A stretch of DNA of 64,000 nucleotides from NCBI GenBank assembly GCA_013239625.1, contig MU053933.1, forward strand, positions 994,001-1,058,000, in the 5' to 3' direction. The notes beneath the pieces were generated by a model. That model ran no database searches, had not been told where the DNA came from, and was given only the letters and a program-made list of their open reading frames with translations. Shown here piece after piece: positions 24,454 through 35,820 of this stretch. Origin of the DNA: Lama guanicoe. Its lineage: Eukaryota. Each line of letters opens with the position of its first letter. Position 1 is the first letter of the stretch. A program made the translations under genes and the position numbers.

Positions 24454-24745
24454 TGGTACCAAACCAAACTTGGTCCGCTCACCTGAACGCAGTGAAGCCA
24501 ATCTGCTGCCCCGGGTTGTGGTGAAGGAAAGTGCCGTGTCCACAGCAGCCGCCAAGGAGCCCAGGGCAGTGGGTTTCAGCAAAGCATTTTTAAAGGCGAG
24601 GTGAGGGCGGGGCGTCCCAGGGTAAGGGATCAGCTCAGGCACAGTCCTTGATTGGTTGACGGTGAGGTCACAGGGCGGTGTCACAGGGGTTACTGTTATC
24701 CATCCTCAGGCGTCAGTCAGTCTGGGGGCTGCATGCTCATGGCAT
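24454..24745 (-). mobile_element. ERV1-type LTR fragment
   Basis: taccaaaccaaacttggtccgctc..gccaatct..gggttgtggtgaaggaaagtg..gattggttgacggtgagg resembles laurasiatherian ERV1 LTRs; subfamily not determined. Confidence 0.6.
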
Positions 24746-25481
24746 CTCCCACCGTGCCCCTGCCCCGCTGAACCCCCCGTGTCACCCTCGCTCCTCAACC
24801 TCCTTTGTGCATGAGATGCAGGACACGCTGTGCCGCTCCGTACAGGCTTACGGGTCGCTCAGCAATCCAGGCCGGCGACCGATTTCTCTAGTTGGATTCT
24901 TCTCCCAGAAAGTCAGACAGGTTCGGAAACTCTGAACGTCTAAGAGCAAATGACGAAGAGAATGGATGTAAGAGGAGATGTCCCCTGGCCGAGTCGTCTC
25001 CCCGCCCCGCAGCTGACCGGAGGCTAAAGGGGCTTGACCCCCTTCCCCTCATCCCCGGCCAGCTGCACGCCATCCCCACGGAGGCCCTGAGTCTCCAGGT
25101 CCCAGCAGGGCTGCGAGGACCCTCCAGGGCCCCTTCCTGTCCCCAGAAAGAACAGACCCACAAAAGAGGTGAAAGGACATGGGCTCCCCCCGCCCCTGGT
25201 GCACCAGGGCTGCCCATGGCGGCCAGCGTGGGCTCGCGGTCCAAGTCCAGACGGTGTCGGGCCGGTGGGGCCTCCGGCCGCGGGGACAGTGGCTGGTGGT
25301 GCAGAGCCATGTCTGGGATGCTCACACTGTGTGTGTTGGCTCGCCAGGGGTAGACCTCAGTGGCCTCACACACCTTAGCATCTTCAGTCCCAGGAAGCTC
25401 TTAAGCAGACAGGTGGTCACTCACACACTGTCTCCTGGAGCCTGACTTTGGCCTTTTTATCCTCCGCCCTGGTTCCCGCAG

Positions 25482-25551
25482 AAGGCTGACAGCCTGACAT
25501 CCGGGGGCACCAAGTCGAGAGAGAAAAGCAGAGATGTGAGAAAGAGTGAAG
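25482..25551 (+). CDS. PDE9A: PDE9A penultimate exon (about exon 19), 70 bp: KADSLTSGGTKSREKSRDVRKSE
   Basis: ttcccgcag acceptor and AAG|gtaagg donor; similar to recalled human KTDSLTSGATEKSRERSRDVKNSE; keeps frame. Confidence 0.9.
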
Positions 25552-26049
25552 GTAAGGCTGTTCCGAAAGATGTCTCAATGCTTACGTAATTCAGACCCAG
25601 ATGGGGACGGCACAGAAATCCAGGAAGAAGGAAGGAGGGAAGAGGGGGAAGGGACAGAACCTGAATGACGGAATCTTCTTAAATAAGTGAAGCTTTGCTT
25701 CCTTGCGTACTTATTAGCATTAGGCTCTGAAAGGCCTTAGGAAACAGAGGAAGATCAGTGATCACAGGTGCACCACTTGCCAGGGAAAGCACTGTTTGAA
25801 GGCTTTTCAAAAATAAAGTTTCTGCTTTCCTCACTGCAAGCCCTTCCGGTGCCCTTTGGGGACTGGCCGTTCAGTTAGTCCAGGCAGAAAGCAACCAGCC
25901 CCTCGGCCTCCGCGAGACGAGGCCAGCCACCCACGTGCCTGAGGATCGTTTGAGAGATTCTCAGAAAACATTCAAGGCACGGGGCGCGAGGACTGGGTGT
26001 GGTTTTGGGGAGGAGCAGAGACAGCCCCGGTGTCCGACAGTCCCTGCTG

Positions 26050-26150
26050 TGAGTCCGGGCTTTGCTAATCACAAGCTGCGTGACATGCGCAGGCGTCTGA
26101 ACCTCTCTGAGCCACAGCCCCCGTCTCTAAACTAGAGGTGACAATCCCAC
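26050..26150 (+). mobile_element. MIR fragment
   Basis: agctgcgtgacatgcgcaggcgtctgaacctctctgagccacag matches the MIR core. Confidence 0.55.
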
Positions 26151-26167
26151 TCCTCTTGTTGCTTGAG

Positions 26168-26668
26168 TTTTTTATTAATTTTTTTAATTGAACTGTAGTT
26201 GATTTACAGTGTTAGTTTCAGGTGTACAGCAAAGCAATTCAGTTACACACATACTTTTTTTTTCCAGATTCTTTTCCATGATAGCTTACTACAAAAAATT
26301 GAATAGAGTTCCCCGTGCTGTACAGTAGGTCCTTGTTGTTTATCTGTTTTATATATAGTAGTGTGTATCTATTAGTCCCAACCTCCTATTTTATCCCTCC
26401 CCACCTTTTCCCATTTGGTAACCATAGTTTGTTTTCTGTGTCCATGAGTCTATTTCTGGTTTGTAAATAAAAGTTGTATCACTTTTTTAAGATTCCACAT
26501 ATAAGTGATATCATATGATATTTGTCTTTCTCTGATGTACTTCACTGGATATGATAATCTCTAGGTCCATCTGTGTTGCTGCAAATGGCATTGTTTCATT
26601 CTTTTTTATGGCTGAGTAGTGTTCTGTTATATGTATATATACCACATCTTCATCCAGTCATCCTGTTG
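26168..26668 (-). mobile_element. 5'-truncated L1 3' end, antisense, in the last PDE9A intron
   Basis: Poly-T then ttgaactgtagttgatttacag; gattccacatataagtgatatc; tttcattcttttttatggctgagtag. Confidence 0.9.
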
Positions 26669-26794
26669 TTTAGTGATTAAATGAGCAGAGTTCTGGGACA
26701 GAAGACGTGCTCCTTGTCTGTGTGTGATTTGTGGCACTGCCTGCACATTTCCAGTCCCACAGACACAAACCAGCATTCTTTCTCCTTTTCCAAG

Positions 26795-26808
26795 CAGACT
26801 GTGCGTGA
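26795..26808 (+). CDS. PDE9A: PDE9A terminal exon coding part: (A)DCA-stop, TGA at 26806-26808
   Basis: Polypyrimidine tract ttctttctccttttccaag then CAGACTGTGCGTGA; alternative in-frame acceptor at 26798. Confidence 0.9.
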
Positions 26809-27030
26809 AGAAAGCAGAGACCGGCAGGATGCTGTCTGGACCTGACCAGCTGAGTTTTGCGGGATCCTCCGTGCAGGGAAGAGTTGGTTCTGAGCACCTG
26901 ACATCACAAGATCACATTTTCTAAGAACCGTTTTGTTCACTGATACAGAAAAAAAAAAGGACTTCACGATGCTGTACAGAATTTTTATTTTTAAGCTGTC
27001 TTTTAAATAATATATTCTTATACAGAAATG
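26809..27030 (+). other. PDE9A: PDE9A 3'UTR (short)
   Basis: Follows the stop; TTTTCTAAGAACC..TTTTGTTCACTGATAC..GATGCTGTACAGAATTTT block resembles the recalled human UTR; end position approximate. Confidence 0.8.
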
Positions 27031-27070
27031 GGTACTGTACTTCTTCTTTAGTTGAGTTGTGTGTCCTGGG
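27006..27070 (+). terminator. PDE9A polyadenylation region with a non-canonical signal (AATATA 27009-27014) and a downstream U/GU-rich element
   Basis: No AATAAA in the UTR; AATATA followed by ttcttctttagttgagttgtgtgt. Confidence 0.55.
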
Positions 27071-28129
27071 CTGCTTCTGATAAACCCCAGAAATCTCCCC
27101 CGGTTCTTGCGTGGAGACGAAGACACTGCTCTTCTCGCAGTGTGTCTTAGAGCAGTGGCCCAGGGATGTGATGCTGGCCTCCCGTGTGTAATTCAGCGTT
27201 AAAACATCAGAGCAGTCCCCGGAGCGCGAGGACGTGCATGCCCCGATTGTGAGCTGTGAGGGGGACATCAGCGGCGGTGCTGGGGACATGGGGTCAGTCG
27301 GGCCGCAGGCAACCTGAGCCCGTGAAATCCATGCGGGATATTGATGACCACAGGCTGGAGCCCTTTTCCAGGGGTGGGAAATCCACGTCTAAATCGGCAG
27401 ATAGGAAAAGGACTGCGTTTACTCAGCACATTTCAGGGTCTCCATCTCAGGAGATGGACGAGGCGGTCCTTCTCTTCCTGCCTTTGTTTTGGGGACAAGC
27501 GTTGGGGACGTTCTGGGTGGCGCAGCACCTGCCAGGGAGACCCAGCCCCAGGCCGGTTCATGGTCGAGCTTTGTGAGGCTGCACGCGGCTCTCCTCTCGC
27601 CCTGAAGCCCTGCCCACGTGCGTCCAGGCTCCTCGGCGCGTCCCGGGGCTGTGGGCGCCGTCTCTGCTCTGCAACCTGACTTAAAGGCCGTCGACATATC
27701 TGAGATCTGTGGACCTTTCATTTGCAAGTCGGTACGGTTTCCTTGGAGCATCTGTTCCCTCTCGGTGAATTCCAGAAGATTGCTCCCCATCTTTGAATAA
27801 TTCATTTTTGAGCTGTGAAATTTTCCATCTCTTCTTGGATTCAGTTCAGTACAGACAGGGGCCTCGGGTTCTGCTTCTCTTCTTGTTTTTCTCATTTTTC
27901 ATTTTTATCCTGCTAAAACCAAGACATCCTGCAGCTTTGGCTAAAGTACAACCCAAACTTAGTAGGTGCTGAGATACTGGTGCCCGTCAGCCTGCAGGTC
28001 GTCCTGTACAGGCGACTCCCCCTCGGTGACAGCGCTTCCCAGAGGGACTGCCGTCTGCCGCGGTACGCCGGTGCCTTCCTCCGCACACTTCCCCCTCCCA
28101 CACCTCGCACAACGATTACTGAACTAGCA

Positions 28130-28580
28130 CTCATGCACACATGCGCAAACACACTTATATGCACAGATACTCACGATCACACATAGACCCACACGTATGT
28201 CCACACAGGCATACATGTGTCACGTGTGCATACATGCATGCAACCACAAATGTGTGACACACGTGTCCAAACACATATACATGTACAATCACACGGGTGC
28301 TCAGGTGTCCACACATGCAATCACACATACACACATGTCCCCACACACAATGCTTATGTGCACGTGTACCCATGATCACGTGTACACACACATGCGTGAA
28401 CATGTGATCGTACATGGCACATGTGTCCACACATCCTTACCTGTGCACACACATAATCACACACCCACATGTCCACACATATACATACACAGTCTCACGT
28501 GTACATGTGTGTATACACCTGCACACACATGCACGTACACATGCCCTTGCACACACGCTCCTTCCTACACTAACACACTT
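28130..28580. repeat. Degenerate (CA/CATG)n low-complexity tract
   Basis: cacacatgcacgtgtac runs; source of the His/Thr-rich spurious ORF. Confidence 0.9.
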
Positions 28581-30002
28581 CGTCTGCATTCCCAGGTTTT
28601 GGTCATGCCAAGTCCTGGGACATTGAAGTCAACAAATGAGAGACGTCCCAGCAGCGTCTGTGACAGTCTGGTCCTTGAGTCGCCAGCCTGGTTTCCTCTC
28701 ATGGGATCCCTCAGAGCACCAGGCTCCCACAGAACACTTTCCCGAACCTTCTGCATCAAGAATGTTTCTATGCTGCAGGTGGTGCCCTCCCCATTAGCTG
28801 AGCCCGTGGGGGTGACGAGGCTGCGTCCTGAGTCACCTCTCACACGGGGCACGTCCCTCCCTTTAAGCTGCAGGGAAACCGCCAGCCAGCCTCCTGACGG
28901 GCCCAGAGCCCGCGGACCGGGGCCCCGACCGCCCGGCTCAGCCCGCACACCGGGACCTGCCAGCCCCCTGCCCCGGGCACCCGCACGTGCTGGCTAAGGG
29001 GAGGAGGGTAGGGATGGAGAGGTGGCCACCGTCCAGCCTCAGAGTTAAGTCACAGCGAAGGATGAAGTGTGCAGAGCAGAGCCTCACGGCAGGAGACCCC
29101 GGCGGTACCTCCAGCAGACAGCACGTTGCCAGGAGGCCATTCGGCAACCCAGCCACACCCGTCCTCTTGTGCTCACACGGGGAGACAAGAAAGCGCTGTC
29201 TTCTGTTGTTTTTCTCCCCAAGAACTTCTCTGAGCACTGACGAAACGTTGTGTGTGTCAAAGACTGGATCTGAGAAGCCACGACAAATCCTCCGTTAAGC
29301 GTGGTCCTGGGTGCTCGGCTCTGCGAGGGCGCTGCCCTGGGAACCAGCTCCGACTCACACATCTCTCCCCACCGTCAGAAAGGCAGCACAGCCTCCAGTG
29401 GTTTCAGCTTTGACCTTGCAGCTGAGGAAGGGAGGAGAGCTGTGTCTGATGGTGTCCCCGTGGGCAAGCGCCCACAGCCCGCCGTCTCAGACTGCAGGCA
29501 CCAGGACCCCTCCACCGGTGTCACAGCCTCCGCTGGCTGGCATCTGTAACCAAACCACACGGGGAAATCAGTTCACCGTGAGCGTGGAGCAGGCCCCAGA
29601 CCCGTGAAGTACTTAACGCAATAAATACTGTCGCTGGGAACTGTCGGCGTCCAGGCTCCTCGGGGCGGGAAGAGCAGCTGTTCCGCGGGTTCCCGGGCCC
29701 GGAGCTGCCCAAGGGGCGGTGACCCCAGAAGTGCCACACTCCATCCTCACTCCAAGGGCAGCCGGGGGGCTTCACTCTGTCTCCCTGCTCCTCACTGTTG
29801 CCACAGGGAAGTTTTTAAAATTTAAATTAAAAGAATTTAACTGTAACCTAAGGGGCAGATAAAATCATCGCTAGGTATATTGAGGCGCTTTTCCTCCATA
29901 AGTCACCGAGAAGGGCCAGCACGGGCGTTGGGAATTCGAGCCCCACTGTGTCTTCAGGCAGGTTTCCCAGCTTCACCGCTGGGCTTCTGACCCTGCCTGG
30001 GT

Positions 30003-30170
30003 GAGCTGGGGAGCCGCGGGGGAGCTGGGGAGCCGCGGGGGAGCTGGGGGAGCCGGGGGGGGAGCCGGGGGAGCCTCAGGAGCTGGGGGCCTCAGACAGG
30101 AGCCCAGAGGGGAGCCGGGGGGGGGGGCAGGGGGAGCCTCAGGAGCTGGGGGCCTCAGACAGGAGCCCAG
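30003..30170. repeat. G-rich tandem repeats (GAGCTGGGGAGCCGCGGGG units plus a duplicated GGGGAGCCTCAGGAGCTGGGGGCCTCAGACAGGAGCCCAG)
   Basis: Direct inspection; many G4-plus tracts. Confidence 0.85.
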
Positions 30171-30192
30171 CCTGGTGGGGGGTGGGTGCCCT

Positions 30193-30575
30193 TGTCATGG
30201 GCTGAATCATAACCCCCCAACTTACAAGTTGAAGTCCTCACCCCCCAGCACCTCGGAATGTGACCGTATTTGGAGGTGGGATCTTTAAGGAGGTAATTCA
30301 GTTAAAATGAGGTCGTTGGGAGGGTCCTGGTCCACAATGGCTATGTCTGTATGAGAAGGGGAGCTGGGGACACAGATGCACGTGGAGGGACGACCACGAG
30401 GGACATAGGAAGAGACGGCCGTCTGCATGGCCAGGAGAAGGTCCTCAGGAGGGACCAGCCCTGCCACACCTGGGTGCCAGACGTCCAGCCTCCAGCCTGT
30501 GAGAGAGCACATGACTGTGGTTTGAGCCGCCTTGTCCGTGGTACTTGCTACCGCTGCCCCAGGAAACCCATCCAG
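30193..30575 (+). mobile_element. MaLR LTR (MLT1B-like), near full length
   Basis: tgtcatgggctgaat..gttgaagtcct..gaatgtgaccgtatttggag..ccagcctccag. Confidence 0.8.
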
Positions 30576-32729
30576 CCCTCATCACTGTGTCCCGGGCAGC
30601 AAACATGAAGCTGGCGCACAGTGGGTGCTCAAGACAGACTGGAGCCGGGGTTGCCCAGCCAACACCAGGACAGCCTGCAGGCTGGTAGCCACCGCTGCTC
30701 TCTCTGGGACGCTGCTGGTCCTGGAAAGATGGGCCCTTCTAGCCCGTGGAGCCTCGTTAAAGGCCTTCCCCGGATGGAGGCATCGGTGCTGAGGGGCCCT
30801 GGGAGCTCGGATGGAGGCCTGAGGAGGCATCAGAACCTTCACCTCGCCCCAGGTGAGGCCTCAGGAAGGTTTCATCCCTTAGGACACATGGGACCCAAGC
30901 GGATACGCTGAGAGGCAGCCCTTCGGAAGCACCCGAAAGTCACGGCCACGTCCACCCACGTCCACCAAGGCCTTCCCACCCCAGGACTCGGCCGCAGCCA
31001 AGGCAAGCCCGAGGGCAGTCGTGAACCCAGAACCGAACCTCGGCCCAGCTCCTCAGCTGCAGAGGGCGAGCAGGGCTCTGGCTGAAACACGGCAGTTCGG
31101 GGTGTTTTTGGAGGGGGCGCTGGAAGGTTCCTTCCTGCTCTTCCTGTGGTTTCCAAATTTTCCACGGCGACTGGTTTCACCCCTCTAAGTAGAATAAATA
31201 AATGTTATTTTATTTTTAAATGGGGCGTGGAAAAGGATGGCTGTCGAGGGAGTTCCGGTGCCTGAGGTGGGAGATGGGGGTGGGGGGGGCAAGCTCCTCC
31301 TGCGCCCGCAAGTCCCTGCACGCCAGCCCAGGGCCTCGTGCCCCCCACGGCTCTCCACGACCTGAGCTCCAAATCCTGGCCCCATCGTCTCTGTCCCAGG
31401 CTTGCCCAGGGTTCGGGGACCCAAACGGCATGTCCTCAACTTTCACGTTCATAAGTAGGAAAAAGCCCTTCCCCAGACTCTGTGCCTGCTCCTTCTTTTG
31501 AAGACACTTGGTGCCCTCCCGCCTGGCTAGTCCCTGCCCCAAAGCTGGGCCTTCCTCGTGACCGCGGACGAGCAGGGCAGGCCTGGCCTCTGCCCCAGGC
31601 GCCGCCCGGCCCCCTCCTCCCTGCCCCGCTCCCGCCCGTCCTGAAATGTGTCTTGGTGGCACTCTGGATGTCAGGTGCCTCAGAGCTCAGGGTCAGTGGG
31701 GAGGCCAGGGGAGAGGGCTGTGGGGAAGCCAGGAGTTTGTGCACTGCCTGTGACCCACTGGTTACCCTGGGGACCCGCAGAAGGAGGCAGAAGTCACCTC
31801 CTGAAAGGCCAGTGGGCATGAAGGGGAGGGGGGCGCCGTCCAGACAGGTGGGCCGGCTGGGCTGGGAGCTGCAGCCTCCGCTGTGTGTTCCTAGAGGAGG
31901 CGGCCCCGAGTCCTGCTGGATGATAAACACAGTGAGCCAGGCAGAGATCTGAGGGGACAGCATGACAGAGGGGACAGCGTGACAGAGGCCCCAAGGCCGG
32001 GAGGAGCCAGTGGGCTTGGCAGCCCAGGGGTGTGGGGAGAGGGCCACCTGCTGCGGCGGCGAGGTAGGGGCCGGGGCCGCAGATGCGCAGGGGCGTGTGC
32101 GGATGGCCAGGCCCGGCCAGGAGTGCAGGCTGGAGGCCAGGGAGAGGTGGAGGTGGGGTCTGAGGGACCGTTTAGGCAGCTGTCCAGCTGGACTTGGTGG
32201 TCAGTTGCGAGAACGAGGGGGTGGGAGGTCACGTCCGGCTGCGAGCACCACGGAGCGGACTCAAGGCTGCCCAGGCCCAGCGGTCCGTCAGGCCTCCCGG
32301 CTCTGACACCGCCGCAGGGGGCCCGACGCCAGGCCGGCCCCACGGGACGATCCAACAGCCCCGAAGTTGACCTGGGGAGCCTCGCACTGTGTAGAAAGCT
32401 CAGAGCCCTGCAAAAGGGTGTTCCCCGGACCCCACGCACCCTGGGGGCCACCCTGGTCACAGCTCAGACGTTTACCAATCGAAGGAATGAATTTGGGGTT
32501 GTGATCCCTAACCTGGAGAATCACAAAGAGAAGTCATACTGCAAACTGCATATGTGCGCATGTGCGTGTGTGCGTGTGTGTGCTTGGGGTGGGACAGGGA
32601 TGCTCTGCTCTCGCAGGTATGTGTACTTTTGTGGGTGTGTTTGCGCACATCTGTGAACATAGATGCATCTCTTACTCACCGAGCCTCATTCCCAGCTGAG
32701 AGAAGGGACGTTCAAGAGTTGAAAAGATG

Positions 32730-33582
32730 TGCAAATCAAACCCACAATGAGGAACCGCATCACCCCCGTCAGAGTGGCCGTCATTCAAAAGCCCACAGAC
32801 GATAAGTGCTGGAGAGGCTGCGGGGAAAAGGGAGCCCTCCTGCCCTGCTGGTGGGGATAGAAACTGGTGCAGCCACTGTAGGGGACAGTATGGAGATCCC
32901 TTGAAAAACTGAAAATAGGCTGACCATAGGATCCAGCAATCCCACTCCTGGGCATCTATCTGGAGGAAACTCTAATTCAAAAAAGACACCTGCACCCCAG
33001 TGCTCACAGCAGCACTGCATACAACAGCCAAGACATGGGAACAACCCAGATGTCCATCCACAGATGTCTGGTAAAGAAGTTATGGTATGGAGTTTAGAAT
33101 TAATATACAATGAAATGTTACTCAGCAATAAAAAAGAATGAAATGATGCCATTTGCAGCAACATGGATGGACCTAGAGATTATCGTACTGCATGAAGTAA
33201 GTCAGGCAGAGACAAATATCATATGATGTCACCCATATGTGGAATCTAAAAAAAGATACAAATGAATTTATTTACAAAACAGACTCACAGACATAGAAAA
33301 CAACTCATGGTCACCAAAGGGGAAAGGGATAGGAAGGGGTAAACTGGGAGTTCAGGATTAGCAGTTGCACACTGCTGTACATACAATAGATAAACGACAA
33401 GGTCCTACTGTGCAGCACAGGGAACTGTAGTCAGAATCTCGTAATAACCTGCGATGGAAAAGAACACGAGGAGGAATATATGTGTGTGTATAACGAATCA
33501 CGTGCTGTGCCCCAGAAACCCACACACATTGCAAATCAATACTTCAATAGAAGAAAACCAGAATCCTCAAAAAAAAAAAAAA
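32730..33582 (+). mobile_element. 5'-truncated L1 (ORF2 C-terminus, 3'UTR, poly-A)
   Basis: gcaaatcaaacccacaatgag..gatccagcaatcccactcctgggcat..gcaacatggatggacctagagattat; ends in an A-run. Confidence 0.9.
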
Positions 33583-34404
33583 GATGAAAAGAGGGCAAGT
33601 ATTCAGCCTCGGCACGGCTTTCAGACCTGGCGGTGAACGGGATAAAAACAAGAACACTTGGGCTTCGTTAAGGAACAAAGGGACAGGTGCGAGGGAGGGC
33701 AGCGGGGGAGGGCACGACCCTCGCGGGGCGGCGAGCCATGCGTCTGCACCTGCAGTATCCCACGCGTGTTCATAGCAATGAGAAATCTGGACTCATTTCT
33801 GCTGTTTTCCTTAAAAGTAATTTTACGAAAAAATTCAAAATGTGTTGGACACGCCAATTTAAATGTAAAAGAAGCAGCTAGCCGGCGGCCATGGCCGGCT
33901 GACCCGCCTGCCCGTTGTGCTGTGGGTGCCCAAAGGCACCTGCCCCCTCAGTGGCCCAGGTGTGTCCCACGGATGCTAATCGACCGGAAGCGGCGGCAGG
34001 CCGCGGAGCACAGCTCCTGCCGAGGTGGGAACGCCCGCTGGCCACACGGGCAAGGCTGCCGGCCAGCCTGATGCACACACGGTGCCGGGCACGGTTTACT
34101 GACTGGGAAGGAACCAGGCAGAAATGCTCAGCGGTTTCTGTATCTCCCGCTCCCCTCGGACAAGCTCATCCATCCTGAATGGAAACACCTGGAGGCTTCC
34201 AGAAGCCCGAGCCAGGCTCCTCCAACGGCAGCCCCTCCACTGACGGACGGGCAAGGCTGCCCCTTCCCTCCTGCGCGGGGCCCGCGTCCACCCTCAGGAT
34301 GGGAGGTCGTCCGGAGCCCGCCCGCTCTGCAAACAACCTGGCAGGACTGGGCTTTGACCATCCCGGGTTTCCCGGCTCACGGGTGCTGCGGGCTGCTCGC
34401 CTTC

Positions 34405-34842
34405 CATACTAGTGTCCGAGGGCGGGCCTGGCGAAGTACCGCAAGCCTGCTGGCTTAAAACAGCAGGACTCCATTCCCTTTCAGGTCTGGGGCCAGCAGT
34501 CCAACATCAAGATGCTGTCAGGGCCAGGCTCCCTCCGAAGACTCTAGGGGAGGATCCCTCCTGCCTCTTCCCAGTTCTGGGGCTCCAGCAGTCCTGTGTT
34601 CCTGGCCTGTGGCGACATCACCCCAATTTCTGCCTCCATGGTGACACGGCCTCCCCTGTCTCTGTGTCCGAATTTCCTTCTTCTGCTAAGACACCAGCCA
34701 TGGGGTGAGGGCCCAGCCTGCTCCAGAGTGACCTCGCCTTGACTTACCACGTCCACGCAGACCCTATTTCCAAATAAGGGCACACTCACAGGTACCAGTG
34801 GTTATGATCTCTTTGAGGGGACGCAGTCCCACCCCTGACACC
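34405..34842 (-). mobile_element. MaLR LTR (MLT1C-like)
   Basis: ggcttaaaacagc..ctctaggggaggatcc..accctatttccaaataagg. Confidence 0.8.
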
Positions 34843-35373
34843 CTCACAGTCTTTGCTTTCCCATCTGTCAGTTTCCACCTCTCTGGGGGGTTGTGAGGTT
34901 TCACTATAATGGCACGTGCCCAGCGTCCTGCACGACGTCCAGCACTTGGCCCTCCACCACCGGCAGGGCCCTCAGGAGCCCTCCTCCGTGTCCCGGTGGG
35001 CCAGGCGTCCCTGCAGGAGGCCAGCAGTGGCGCGTGTCCCCTGCCCTGGGCGGGGGGGTGGCTCTGTTTGGGGCTGTTTCCTCCTGGTCAGTCTTCCTCA
35101 GATGAGCCAGGATCTGACATAGGCAGGAGGCAGGTCCCCAAGAGCAAAGGAGAAAGGCGGACTCGGGTCCAAGCAGATGGAGGGAGGGCCAGCGGGGCCT
35201 CTCTGCAAGGACTGGACACTGAGCGCAGAGTGACTCAGATGGGGAGGCCTGAGGACAGGACAGAGGACAAGGCTGGTCTGGACAGAAGAATCCAGGAAAA
35301 CAAAGTGTGACCCCCTGCTTGGTCAAACTTAGACCTGAAATGTGGCCTTCAACCACTGGGGTAAGGATGGAGA

Positions 35374-35820
35374 GTGTATCTGTTAGTTCTTGCCAGGTAA
35401 CAAATCACCCTAAACCTTAGTGACTTGAAACAACCATGTTCATTCCTTCCCAGGGCTCTGTGGGCCGACTGGGCAGGACTGTCAGTCTGGCCCCGCTCGG
35501 CTGCAGCTGCTTGGTCTGAACAGCCTCAACCACACATCTGGCAGGGTTTGGTGGCAGCTGGAGATGCAGCCACGCAGGTCCATCACCCTATGGCAGGTTA
35601 ATAAAATGTGGCTCGTTGATGCGGTGGGAAAGTGGTCCCAGCAGCAAGAACATGTGAGCCCCTCAGGGCCCATGCACTTTTCCCTGTCTCCTCAAGCACC
35701 ACAGTGATCGTGTCCCAGTGGCCACAGCAAGTCACCTGTTCAAGCCCAGATCTGAGGGGTGGAAAAGCAGACCCCACTTCAGGACAAAGAATCAGAACAT
35801 GGACGTTTCTGCCGTCTACC
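35374..35820 (-). mobile_element. Old MaLR LTR (MLT1G/H-like)
   Basis: gtaacaaatcaccctaaaccttagtgacttgaaacaacc and ggccacagcaagtcac motifs. Confidence 0.6.

Noticed and set aside
23616..24524. Longest ORF in the window (302 aa)
   Set aside because: Overlaps a PDE9A exon out of frame and runs into an LTR; low-complexity composition, no homology recognised
28197..28997. 266-aa His/Thr/Cys-rich ORF resembling a metal-binding protein
   Set aside because: Translation of a degenerate (CA)n/(CATG)n tract
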